The translations under genes and the position numbers were made by a program. The notes under the pieces are model-generated. The model saw nothing but the letters and a program-made list of their open reading frames with translations. It had not been told where the DNA came from and did no database searches. DNA of 62,884 nt, counting the filler, from an uncultured bacterium (GTDB lineage: Bacteria > CAZSTA01), in assembly GCA_964609495.1 (NCBI GenBank). It is 13 parts of 13 records of this genome, joined end to end, with 100 filler letters (N's around TTAATTAATTAA, not from the genome) between each part and the next. Parts side by side here need not be neighbours in the genome. Positions count along the whole stretch, not along the records: positions 1 to 5,048 come from CAZSTA010000236.1; positions 5,149 to 10,082 come from CAZSTA010000237.1; 11 more parts are not named here. One strand, 5' to 3'. Position 1 is the first letter of the stretch. The number at the start of each line of letters is the position of its first letter. Positions 1 to 8,815 of this stretch are shown piece by piece.

Positions 1-1
1 T

Positions 2-484
2 CAGGATCTCTTAAATCTTAGCAGAAAACTCAAGGTCTCAGCCGCTACAGATCCTGCTTGGTCGCCCGAGGGAAGACGCATCGCCTTTGTATTGAATCGA
101 GATGGCGATCGTGATATATTCATAGCCAATGCCGATGGAACGGGAGATGTTCAACAGCTCAAGGCTGATTTAGGGGGAGATGATATAGATCCCTGTTGGA
201 CCTCCGATGGAGAGTCCATAGTTTTCAGTAATTTTGGGACTAGTAAGGCTGGTATCTGGAGGATGAGCATAGATGGGAAGGAGTTACAGAGACTTAGTGA
301 TCACCCTACGGATGATGACCCTAATTGTTCCCCCGATGGAAAGATGATAACCTTTAACCGTAAAGTAGGTGGAACTAAAGAGGGAGAGGAGATACTTGTA
401 ATGAATATAGATGGGAGTGGAAAGCGGGTATTAACTAGCAATAATGTAGCAGATGATAATTCAGTTTGGTCTCCTCATCACTGA
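2..484 (+). CDS. TolB-like/PD40 beta-propeller protein, 5'-truncated
   Basis: Frame is open from the window start; repeated PxWSPDG-type blades (PAWSPEG, PCWTSDG, PNCSPDG, SVWSP). Confidence 0.85.
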   Translation, partial: QDLLNLSRKLKVSAATDPAWSPEGRRIAFVLNRDGDRDIFIANADGTGDVQQLKADLGGDDIDPCWTSDGESIVFSNFGTSKAGIWRMSIDGKELQRLSDHPTDDDPNCSPDGKMITFNRKVGGTKEGEEILVMNIDGSGKRVLTSNNVADDNSVWSPHH

Positions 485-506
485 TTTGGAAAAAGGAGAG
501 GGAAAG

Positions 507-1379
507 ATGAAAGAGATAGAATTCCTTAAAATGAGTGGAGCAGGTAATGACTTCATCGTCATAGATAATCGAGAGGGGATCATCACACCTGATAATATAG
601 GAGGGATTAAGGGGGAGATTCTTCCCCTATCGGAGTTCATCAGGCGAGTCTGCACCAGAAGATGGTCGATCGGTGCTGATGGCTTGATGTTGCTTGAGAA
701 ATCGGATAAAGCGGATTTCAGGATGAGATACTTCAACTCCGATGGGGGAGAGGCTGAGATGTGTGGCAATGGCGCTCGCTGTATCGCTCGTTTCGCCTAT
801 TTGAAGGGAGCGGCTTCCAAGAAGATGTCTTTTGAAACGATCGCCGGGTTCGTCTCTGCTGAGATACTAGAGGGTGGAGTTAAGATCGGAGTTGATGCAG
901 TTGATAACGTTGAGTTGGAGCTGAAACTTGCTCTGGAGGATGGAACTTCTATAGTAGGACACTATATAAGAGCAGGAGTTCCTCATACTGTGCTTTACGA
1001 GGATGATGTGAGTGGGGCAAGGGTAGTTGAATTGGGAAGAAGAATAAGATATCATAAACACTTTCCTCGAGGGACTAACGTCAATTTCGTCCAGATATTA
1101 AGTGAGGGAGAAGTCAAGATCAGAACTTATGAGAGAGGGGTAGAAGATGAGACGCTAGCTTGTGGGACGGGAGCAGTTGCGTCTGCGGTATTATCCACTC
1201 TCTTGGGTAAGGCTAAACCGCCGATTCTACTTCATGCCGTAGGGGGGGATCTAACGGTTGATTTCAAATGGCAGGATGGAGATGGAGGAGATCTCTCCTC
1301 TATAAGCGAGGTATCATTAACTGGTGATGCGAGAGTGGTTATGAGGGGAAGGATAGGTGAGGAAACTTGGCAGTGGTAG
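507..1379 (+). CDS. dapF: diaminopimelate epimerase
   Basis: KMSGAGNDF, IGADG, NSDGGEAEMCGNGARC, GVPH, GTNVNF and RTYERGVEDETLACGTG motifs; ATG at 507 follows an AGGAGAGG SD. Confidence 0.95.
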   Translation: MKEIEFLKMSGAGNDFIVIDNREGIITPDNIGGIKGEILPLSEFIRRVCTRRWSIGADGLMLLEKSDKADFRMRYFNSDGGEAEMCGNGARCIARFAYLKGAASKKMSFETIAGFVSAEILEGGVKIGVDAVDNVELELKLALEDGTSIVGHYIRAGVPHTVLYEDDVSGARVVELGRRIRYHKHFPRGTNVNFVQILSEGEVKIRTYERGVEDETLACGTGAVASAVLSTLLGKAKPPILLHAVGGDLTVDFKWQDGDGGDLSSISEVSLTGDARVVMRGRIGEETWQW

Positions 1380-2608
1380 AGAACAGAATAATAGCTAAGT
1401 TCGGAGGGACTAGCGTAGGGAATGGCGAGAGGATTCGGCTGGCGGCCCGCTCGATAGCCGACCAGGTCAGGGAAGGTAAGGAGGTAGTAGTTGTTGTCTC
1501 CGCGATGGGGAAATCCACCGACGAGTTACTAAACGCTTTGGCAGGCTCTACCGAGAGTTCCTATGGACCAGATGATATGGTCGATGTGGTCTCTATGGGG
1601 GAGAGAACGAGCATCAGGGTAATGGCCGCGGCTCTTCGCAGTCTAGGGGTCAAAGCCGAATATGTTGAGGTGGCGATGGGGGAGTGGCCAATCATCACTA
1701 CCTCCAAAGCAAGTGGGGCGGAGGCGATTATCTCCAAGACTCAAGAGATGTGTCAGAAGTATTTAGAGGTTTGGTTAGAAGAGGGAATAACTCCTGTAGT
1801 CTGCGGCTTTCTAGGTAAGGATATGGAGGGAAATCTGACCACTTTGGGAAGAGGAGGAAGTGATACTACCGCTTTTATCCTTGGGAAATGCCTTCAGGCT
1901 TCGGAGGTTATAGTAGTTACAGACGTGGATGGAGTTCTCTCAGCAGATCCTCGTCATATAGGTGAGGCGCAGATGTTATCCACGATCACGGTGGAGGAGA
2001 TGAATATTCTGGCTAGCAAGGGAGCCAAGGTGCTTCATCCTAACGCCCTAAGATATAAGACCCCAGAGATGAAGGCTAAGATAGTTCACTTCAGGCATGG
2101 GGATCTAAACGCGCCGGGAACGGAGATCGTGGGTTTTCCTCAGCAGGAAGTGATCTTGCAGAAAGAGAGGTTATCTACAGTCACTATTGTGGGAGAGAAA
2201 ATTCTGCAAACTCCTGGATTGCTAAGCAAGATATCACGCGCTTTAGCCGATGAGGAGATCTCTATCTATGATTGTGCGGTAGGAACAACTTTCTTGGGGT
2301 TATATGTAGAGGCGGAAAAAGCTAAACGCGCCTGTGATATCCTTCATCCGATAGTTTTAGAGGATACTAATCTTAAATCCTTGACGGTCACTAATGATAT
2401 CGCGATGATCATAGCTAAAAGCTATGGATTCATCGAGACCCCTGGGGTGATCTCTAAGCTGACTGCCCCGCTAGCGGAGAGGGATATCAATATAATTGAG
2501 ATGGTGACCATCAAGACGGATATTATGATCTTCATCAATTGGGAGGTGCGTGAGGAGGCTTATCGCCTCATCAAGGATGTGTTTTCGAGGGGCGATGAGC
2601 GATCCTAA
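1367..2608 (+). CDS. lysC: aspartate kinase (kinase domain + 2 ACT domains)
   Basis: KFGGTSV, VVVVSAMG, TTLGRGGSD, TDVDGV and GAKVLHP motifs; overlaps the dapF stop. Start codon uncertain (TTG 1367 or GTG 1373). Confidence 0.92.
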   Translation: MAVVENRIIAKFGGTSVGNGERIRLAARSIADQVREGKEVVVVVSAMGKSTDELLNALAGSTESSYGPDDMVDVVSMGERTSIRVMAAALRSLGVKAEYVEVAMGEWPIITTSKASGAEAIISKTQEMCQKYLEVWLEEGITPVVCGFLGKDMEGNLTTLGRGGSDTTAFILGKCLQASEVIVVTDVDGVLSADPRHIGEAQMLSTITVEEMNILASKGAKVLHPNALRYKTPEMKAKIVHFRHGDLNAPGTEIVGFPQQEVILQKERLSTVTIVGEKILQTPGLLSKISRALADEEISIYDCAVGTTFLGLYVEAEKAKRACDILHPIVLEDTNLKSLTVTNDIAMIIAKSYGFIETPGVISKLTAPLAERDINIIEMVTIKTDIMIFINWEVREEAYRLIKDVFSRGDERS

Positions 2609-2672
2609 AACTAAACTTGATAATCTATAACTATAAAATTTATAATATAAAATAAAAGGGGGTTTGAAGGTT

Positions 2673-3560
2673 ATGTTGAAATTACAAGGGTCTTATGTAG
2701 CTATGGTAACTCCGTTCACTAAGGATGGGGAGATTGATAGAGAGGGAATTAAAAGCCTCGTCGAATTTCATATCACGAATGGAACTGATGGACTGGTCCC
2801 TTGCGGATGCACTGGAGAGGCGGCTACGCTCTCCCATGATGAGCAAGAGGGAGTAATTGAATTGGTGGTTGAGACCGTCGCGGGCAGGATCTCGGTCTTG
2901 GCAGGAACCGGGTCCAACAACACTAAAGAGGCGATTAGACTGACTAAATTCGCAGATAAGGTCGGGGCAGATGGGGCGATGCTTATCACTCCCTACTACA
3001 ATAAGCCCACCTCTGAAGGACTATATCGACACTATAGCACTGTAGCGGAGGGCGTTGATATCCCAATAGTTATGTATAACGTTCCCAGCCGAACAGGGAT
3101 AAGTATGGCCCCTGAGGTTGTAGCCAAATTAGTAGAAGACGTTGATAATATCGTGGGGATAAAAGAGGCTAGCGGAAGTTTGAGTCAGATCTCTCAGATA
3201 TTAAATATCTGTGGAGATAAGATAATCCTTATGTCGGGAGACGACTCTCTGACCTTGCCTATTATGGCTGTAGGGGGAAAAGGCGTTGTATCCGTGGCGG
3301 CGAACATAGCCCCTAAGGATGTTGCCGATATGACGGCGGCTTATCTCAAGGGCGATTTGGAGAAGGCACGGCAGTTGCATCACAAGCTCTTCCCCTTATT
3401 TAAAGTTTTGTTCATCGAAACTAATCCGATGCCAGTAAAGGCGGCGATGAATATAATGGGATTGCCTGCTGGAGAGCCTCGTCTTCCTCTTACTCCTTTA
3501 TTGGAGAGCAATATCCCTAAATTAAAGAAAGTTATGGAGGGTTGCGGTCTTCTGAAGTAA
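2673..3560 (+). CDS. dapA: 4-hydroxy-tetrahydrodipicolinate synthase
   Basis: VTPF, GCTGE, TPYYNKP, YNVPSRTG, catalytic GIKEAS, SGDD and ETNP motifs; lies in the dap operon. Confidence 0.95.
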   Translation: MLKLQGSYVAMVTPFTKDGEIDREGIKSLVEFHITNGTDGLVPCGCTGEAATLSHDEQEGVIELVVETVAGRISVLAGTGSNNTKEAIRLTKFADKVGADGAMLITPYYNKPTSEGLYRHYSTVAEGVDIPIVMYNVPSRTGISMAPEVVAKLVEDVDNIVGIKEASGSLSQISQILNICGDKIILMSGDDSLTLPIMAVGGKGVVSVAANIAPKDVADMTAAYLKGDLEKARQLHHKLFPLFKVLFIETNPMPVKAAMNIMGLPAGEPRLPLTPLLESNIPKLKKVMEGCGLLK

Positions 3561-3571
3561 GGGGTGTGAGT

Positions 3572-4000
3572 ATGATGAGTGGGAATAAAGTTTTGCGTCT
3601 CATAGCTCTAGCTCTAGTCTGTATTTGGTTGATCGTCTGGGCAGTTAATTTGATCATACCCTTCGATAACTATCTATCTGGGGGATCCTCCTTAAGGGAT
3701 ATAGCCGCCCTCGTTTTTTTGGGGATTATCTTCTCTCTGGTGTATTTCTTCCGCAGGAGGAGAGTGAGGGAGATAGAGAACTTGCGGAAGAAGGATATTA
3801 AGAAGCTCATAAAGGAATTAGCTCTGCGAAGGGGTGGCAAGTTGAGATCCTCTGAGGTAGCGGAGGCTCTGGATCTCGCTATAGGTGAAGCGGAGAAGAT
3901 CTTGGGAGAGATGGTCATTGAAGGGACTATGTCCATCAAGATAACTGAGGGGGGAGCGGTCATCTACGAATTTGTGGAGAGCATTGAAAGCAATTTATAG
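3572..4000 (+). CDS. hypothetical membrane protein, 2 TM helices + winged-helix-like C-terminus
   Basis: Two hydrophobic segments, then GGKLRSSEVAEALDLAIGEAEKILGEM...GGAVIYEF; packed tightly between dapA and dapB. Confidence 0.7.
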   Translation: MMSGNKVLRLIALALVCIWLIVWAVNLIIPFDNYLSGGSSLRDIAALVFLGIIFSLVYFFRRRRVREIENLRKKDIKKLIKELALRRGGKLRSSEVAEALDLAIGEAEKILGEMVIEGTMSIKITEGGAVIYEFVESIESNL

Positions 4001-4003
4001 GGG

Positions 4004-4813
4004 GTGTCTGAATTGATCAAGGTTATTGTCAGCGGGGCTTGTGGACGTATGGGGTCCAGGGTAGTCGCGGCTGTTAATAAGCAGGAGGATATGGGGTTGA
4101 TAGGAGGATTAGAGGCAGATGTTAATGTGGGAAGGGATATCGGGGAGGCCGCTGGCTTGGGGAACATAGGATTAAAGGTCAGCGGAGATTTGGGGAAGAT
4201 AGTAGATAGGGCTGATGTCTTGGTGGAATTCACCAATCCCGAGACCTCGCTTGGACATCTGCGAGATGTGGTTAAGCATAACAAAGCGATGGTTTTGGGG
4301 ACGACTGGCTTCTCCGATGATCAGATGAGGGAGATCAAGGAGTTGACCAAAAATATCCCCTGTGTTATGGCTCCGAATATGTCAGTGGGGATCAATGTCC
4401 TTCTGAAGGTCGTCGCCGATCTAGCCAAGTGGCTTGGAGATGAATACGATATAGAGATCGTAGAGACACATCATCGCTTCAAGAAGGATGCCCCTAGTGG
4501 TACCGCTAAGAGGATAGCCCAAGTCTTGGCTAGTGCCTACAATCGAGATCTCGGCGAGGTGGGTGTCTATGGCCGTCAAGGGATGATAGGGGAGAGGAGC
4601 GGAGATGAGATCGGTATCCTCGCCATCCGAGCTGGAGATACTGTCGGCGATCATACAGTTATATTTGGAGGGATCGGAGAGAGATTGGAGATCACCCATC
4701 GAGCGCACAGCAGAGATACCTTCGCCTATGGGGCGATTCGAGCGATTCGCTTTGTCACCAGCGCTCGTAAGGGTCTCTATGATATGCAGGATGTTTTAGG
4801 GATTAAGGATTGA
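4004..4813 (+). CDS. dapB: 4-hydroxy-tetrahydrodipicolinate reductase
   Basis: GACGRMG, GTTG, APNMSVG, ETHHRFKKDAPSGTA and HRAHSR motifs. Confidence 0.96.
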   Translation: MSELIKVIVSGACGRMGSRVVAAVNKQEDMGLIGGLEADVNVGRDIGEAAGLGNIGLKVSGDLGKIVDRADVLVEFTNPETSLGHLRDVVKHNKAMVLGTTGFSDDQMREIKELTKNIPCVMAPNMSVGINVLLKVVADLAKWLGDEYDIEIVETHHRFKKDAPSGTAKRIAQVLASAYNRDLGEVGVYGRQGMIGERSGDEIGILAIRAGDTVGDHTVIFGGIGERLEITHRAHSRDTFAYGAIRAIRFVTSARKGLYDMQDVLGIKD

Positions 4814-4885
4814 CATACTCCAACGACTGAAGGTCTTCGGATTCTAGGTCCAAGTTGTAACCTCATACTAATTGTCAAAGAACTA
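4810..4885 (-). mobile_element. possible non-autonomous IS200/IS605-family end remnant
   Basis: Minus strand of 4810-4845 reads AGAATCCGAAGACCTTCAGTCGTTGGAGTATGTCAA, like the GAATCC-hairpin-GTCAA right ends of tnpB elements; no transposase is present. Confidence 0.5.
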
Positions 4886-4974
4886 GGTATAGTATAAAAG
4901 GTGATATTGTTAAGTGTTTTTACTTCTGCCTATTGGTCTTTGCCGAATTAATGGGACTATTGAAGATTTTTCTC

Positions 4975-5048
4975 CTGTTAGATCTCGAACCCACCTTAGA
5001 TAAAGGAAACTTTTGCCGGTAACAAAACTCAAGGTTCAAAAGTTTCCT
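4975..5048. repeat. composite repeat with ~50-bp MITE-like unit (TAAAGGAAACTTTT...AAAAGTTTCCT), cut by the contig end
   Basis: Close reverse-complement match to 22775-22847. Confidence 0.8.
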
Positions 5049-5148
5049 NNNNNNNNNNNNNNNNNNNNNNNNNNNNNNNNNNNNNNNNNNNNTTAATTAA
5101 TTAANNNNNNNNNNNNNNNNNNNNNNNNNNNNNNNNNNNNNNNNNNNN
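5049..5148. other. artificial contig linker, first of 12 (others: 10083-10182, 15083-15182, 20059-20158, 24976-25075, 29893-29992, 34807-34906, 39648-39747, 44463-44562, 49142-49241, 53796-53895, 58347-58446)
   Basis: Identical 100-nt N run with a central TTAATTAATTAA (stops in all frames); flanking contigs decrease in length. Confidence 0.98.
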
Positions 5149-5343
5149 GGAGAAGCAGAATGGGTGATTCATCAGGATGGAGTCCATGCTAATTTCGTAG
5201 GCAGTCTTCTCATAGCTCATCGGGTCTTCGAGGTATTGGCGAATAATTGCAGTTGTTTATCATTGCGTACCAGAGCTAAAGATGAAGGAACTGAGTGGAC
5301 TAAAACTACCGAATCTATGAAGTATGTTAAGAACAAATACTAA
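5149..5343 (+). CDS. SGNH/GDSL hydrolase C-terminal fragment
   Basis: Translates GEAEWVIHQDGVHANFVGSLLIAHRVFEVL...KNKY*; DGVHxN is the SGNH block V motif. Confidence 0.7.
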   Translation, partial: GEAEWVIHQDGVHANFVGSLLIAHRVFEVLANNCSCLSLRTRAKDEGTEWTKTTESMKYVKNKY

Positions 5344-5439
5344 CAATTACTTCTCAAAATATATCTGAAGTTATAGGCGTAGAGGAGGAAGGATAGTAAG
5401 AAAGTCCAGAAAATTTTTTGTTCTATCCTCAAAAATCCC

Positions 5440-5502
5440 TTGACTTCCTCCCTATTTTGTGGTATAGTTACTCGGTATATGAGATTTATTATCTCATATA
5501 CC
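5440..5502 (+). promoter_or_regulatory. sigma70-type promoter followed by a 12-bp perfect inverted repeat (probable operator)
   Basis: TTGACT-N17-TATAGT (5440-5468), then GGTATATGAGAT-N5-ATCTCATATACC (5474-5502). Confidence 0.75.
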
Positions 5503-5661
5503 AAGTTTTTTGCGTAATGAGTGTAAAAAAGGAGGTGAGAAGTTTAAAACTGAGAGGTTGTAACAATCAGTATTAGAGGTTTAAGTCTAAGGATCCTGTA
5601 ACTCAGAGTTTTTTACTGCTCTGAAAGAAGCTTACCAAATTTTGAAAGGGAGGAAATTTAA

Positions 5662-6879
5662 ATGAAGAAGCATCTCATCATAGCTATGGGAGTTGCTTTG
5701 TTGTTGTTAGCTTTAACTGGAAATGTCGTCGCTGCCAAAACTACGATAAATCTCTTCATGCATTCTCATGAGCCTCTTGTTGATGCGATGACGCAGTTGT
5801 CAGAAGAGTATATGAAGGAACATCCAGATATTTATATCGAGCTAAGCCATGTTCCGGTAGATCAGTGGGAGACTAAGTTAGTGGTTATGGCGGAAAGTGG
5901 AGCAGGACCAGATATAGTTAATCCGTTTAATCCTGGGACTGTGACTTTGGTCGCTGCGGGAAGATTAGATCCTGCTCCTGATTTCGTTATAGAGGATATA
6001 ATGGAGAACTTCCCAGAACCAGTGACCAAAGGTGGAATGGTGGATGGAAAGATATATGGATATAAGCTCGAGACAACGGTATGGCTTCCTATAGTGAACT
6101 TAGACCTATATGAGGAGTCAGGTCTTGCCGAACCTGAGACCTGGGATGATCTTATCGAGGTGAATCGGAAGCTCACTAAGGTTGATGAGAATGGCGAGAT
6201 CCTGCAAGCCGGTGTGGATCATGGGGTTGGGTTGAGGATGGTGCAGACCTGGGGTCCTTACCTTTGGAATAGGGGAGTAGATGTGCTTAATGAGGATAAA
6301 ACGAAAGCGGCTTTCAACACCCCTGAGGGAATCAAGGCGACTGAGGAGTATCTTGAGACTGTCCATCCAGAGCTATCCGATTCCTTTATCCGTCAGCAAT
6401 GCGTGATTGCTACATTTGGTCCTTGGTATAAGCCAATAATAGATTATAATGCTCCCGATATTCGTTACAAAGCTTTCGCTCCCCTGAAGACTAAGGCTGG
6501 AGAGCCTGCGGCTATGGGATATGATTTCATCTGGGGGGTAAATGCAAATAGCGATCCCAAGGTCAAAGAGGAAGCTTGGAAATTCCTTATGTATGTGGGA
6601 AGTACTCATGGAGAGGAAGTCTTAAATACGAAGTGTGGATTGGTGATCGGGAGAACGGAATATATGAACAGCCCAGAGATTCAGAATGATCCTTGGCAGA
6701 AAGTATTCTATCAAGGAGCTATGACTGCCATAAGAAGGCTGCAATATTTTCCCGGTTGGCCGAGCATTGAAGCTGCTATCTATCAGCAGATGTCCAGAAT
6801 GGCCTCCGAAGAGATCTCCATCGAGGAGGGCTTGAAATTGATGGAGGAGGATATCAATCGACTTTTGGAGAGTATGTAA
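5662..6879 (+). CDS. carbohydrate ABC transporter substrate-binding protein
   Basis: Signal peptide, SBP family 1 features (GPDIV, PETWDDL, AWKFLMY); upstream of two CUT1 permeases. Confidence 0.9.
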   Translation: MKKHLIIAMGVALLLLALTGNVVAAKTTINLFMHSHEPLVDAMTQLSEEYMKEHPDIYIELSHVPVDQWETKLVVMAESGAGPDIVNPFNPGTVTLVAAGRLDPAPDFVIEDIMENFPEPVTKGGMVDGKIYGYKLETTVWLPIVNLDLYEESGLAEPETWDDLIEVNRKLTKVDENGEILQAGVDHGVGLRMVQTWGPYLWNRGVDVLNEDKTKAAFNTPEGIKATEEYLETVHPELSDSFIRQQCVIATFGPWYKPIIDYNAPDIRYKAFAPLKTKAGEPAAMGYDFIWGVNANSDPKVKEEAWKFLMYVGSTHGEEVLNTKCGLVIGRTEYMNSPEIQNDPWQKVFYQGAMTAIRRLQYFPGWPSIEAAIYQQMSRMASEEISIEEGLKLMEEDINRLLESM

Positions 6880-6930
6880 AGGTTAGCTTTAATGCTTAGT
6901 TTAGGATCTTGAGAAGCGATCTTCGAAAAT

Positions 6931-6957
6931 GGGTGCTAGATTTAGAATCTAGCACCC
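6931..6957 (+). terminator. stem-loop between SBP and permease genes
   Basis: GGGTGCTAGATT-TAG-AATCTAGCACCC inverted repeat. Confidence 0.6.
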
Positions 6958-6989
6958 TAATTGCCCAATTTGAAAGAGAGGAAAGCAAA

Positions 6990-7895
6990 ATGCAAGAGAT
7001 GGGAAAATTCAAATATTTCCTTAGGAAGCATCGTCTTGCTATAGCGGGTTATCTCTTCATAACTCCCAGCGTTTTATTCTTTATAGCTATTTATGCCTAT
7101 CCCGTTTTGTATGCTCTGGTGATGAGTTTCTTCGATTGGAAACTGCTTGCTGGTAGCAGACCCTTCATCGGCTTCCAAAATTTCAAGTATGTCTTTTCCT
7201 CGGCAAGTATCTTTTGGCCATCTTTGAAAGTCACCGCTTATTACTCAGTTACCACGGTTTTCCTTTTCATATCGCTGGGACTAATCTTAGCTGTAGTCTT
7301 TAATAAATTAATACCTTCCATTCGCACCTTAATGCGGACGATCACTTTTCTTCCTGTCCTCACCTCCGGCGTCGCGATTGCGATTATCTGGAAGTGGATG
7401 TATGTCCCGAGGGGGGGATTATTAAATGGACTTTTTGCTTATATAGGGCTAGGGCCTTTTAAGTTCTTAACCAGCTCAAAACAGGTGATGCCCTCCATTA
7501 TTGCCTCCTCAGTTTGGAGCATAGTAGGGTATGATATGCTTATCTTCACTGCGGGATTAGCAAGTATCCCAAATGAGTATTATGAAGCGGCAAAGATCGA
7601 TGGAGCTTCGGAGTGGGATCTCTTTTGGCATATAACTCTGCCTCTTCTTAGACCAGTAACTTTCTTCCTAGTTGTAACTGGATTGATTGGTGCGTTTCAA
7701 GCTTTCACCCCTATGTATGTGATGGCCAATGGTGGTCCAGGTATCTCAAGCACTACCCTTACTCTCTATATATATAGAGAAGCATTTCAGCGATATAAGA
7801 TGGGATTGGGATGTGCTATTGCCTTTGTTCAATTTCTGATGATTCTATTCCTCACTGTAGTCCAATTCAAATCTTATCTTAGAAGAGAAGGTTAA
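6990..7895 (+). CDS. carbohydrate ABC transporter permease
   Basis: EAAKIDGA EAA loop and multiple TMs; start moved to ATG 6990, because the ORF-track start runs through the hairpin. Confidence 0.92.
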   Translation: MQEMGKFKYFLRKHRLAIAGYLFITPSVLFFIAIYAYPVLYALVMSFFDWKLLAGSRPFIGFQNFKYVFSSASIFWPSLKVTAYYSVTTVFLFISLGLILAVVFNKLIPSIRTLMRTITFLPVLTSGVAIAIIWKWMYVPRGGLLNGLFAYIGLGPFKFLTSSKQVMPSIIASSVWSIVGYDMLIFTAGLASIPNEYYEAAKIDGASEWDLFWHITLPLLRPVTFFLVVTGLIGAFQAFTPMYVMANGGPGISSTTLTLYIYREAFQRYKMGLGCAIAFVQFLMILFLTVVQFKSYLRREG

Positions 7896-7910
7896 TCAAG
7901 GGGGCGAAGT

Positions 7911-8741
7911 ATGAAATTAAGATATTACACCGGGAAAATTATTCTCTATTTGATGATTATCCTTGTGCTATTTGTAATGTTGCTTCCCTACTCTTGGTTG
8001 GTAGTGACAGCCTTGAAGCCAGGAAAGCAGATCCTGACTGCGCGTCCTGAGTGGATACCGAAACCAATTATGTGGTCCAATTTCGTGGCTGTATTCGAGG
8101 ATGTGCCTTTTCTAAGATATTACGGAAATAGCTTATACGTGGCAATGGTAGCCACTTTTCTCAGCCTTCTAACTTGCTCTTTAGCTGGATATGGTTTCTC
8201 AAAGTATAATTTTCCCGGGCGCGATCTGATATTTATATGTATTCTAGGGACTATGATGATCCCTTTTCAAGTTATTATGATCCCACTGTATTCTCTTACC
8301 TTAAGATTTGGACTTACAAATACCTTATCAGCTCTTATCATCCCCGCGATAAGCAGTGCTTTGGGGATCTTCCTTATGAGACAATTTATGACCTCCATTC
8401 CAGATTCTCTGATTGAGGCTGCCAGAATGGATGGTTGTTCCGAGCTGAGGATATATGGTCAGATTGTGCTTCCTCTGAGTAAACCTGTCTTGCTGACCTT
8501 TGGCACTTTACAATTTATGATGCATTGGAATAATTTCTTGTGGCCCCTTATCGTTATAGATTCACCTCGTAAGTTAACCATCCCTCTAGCCATAAGCATA
8601 CTTACGGTTCAGACTCATCTGGTGAAATATAATATCCTTATGGCCGCGGTTGTTATCGCTGCCATACCTCCCCTTATCTTATTTTTTCTAGCTCAGAAGT
8701 ATATGGGCGAGGCTATTGTTCTAACTGGATTGAAGGAATAA
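7911..8741 (+). CDS. carbohydrate ABC transporter permease
   Basis: IPDSLIEAARMDG EAA loop, WNNFLWPLI. Confidence 0.92.
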   Translation: MKLRYYTGKIILYLMIILVLFVMLLPYSWLVVTALKPGKQILTARPEWIPKPIMWSNFVAVFEDVPFLRYYGNSLYVAMVATFLSLLTCSLAGYGFSKYNFPGRDLIFICILGTMMIPFQVIMIPLYSLTLRFGLTNTLSALIIPAISSALGIFLMRQFMTSIPDSLIEAARMDGCSELRIYGQIVLPLSKPVLLTFGTLQFMMHWNNFLWPLIVIDSPRKLTIPLAISILTVQTHLVKYNILMAAVVIAAIPPLILFFLAQKYMGEAIVLTGLKE

Positions 8742-8752
8742 TCAGAATAAAA

Positions 8753-8788
8753 ATAGGCAATCGAATATTACTAATTTCGATTGCCTAT
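8753..8788. terminator. bidirectional terminator-like hairpin
   Basis: ATAGGCAATCGAA...TTCGATTGCCTAT between convergent genes. Confidence 0.7.
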
Positions 8789-8815
8789 CTCTCTAATATT
8801 ATCTCTCAGCCTCGA

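Noticed and set aside
5049-5148. Regularly spaced TTAATTAATTAA motif in N runs about every 5 kb
   Set aside because: Artificial contig-joining linker. ORFs containing X runs and all cross-linker adjacencies were ignored.
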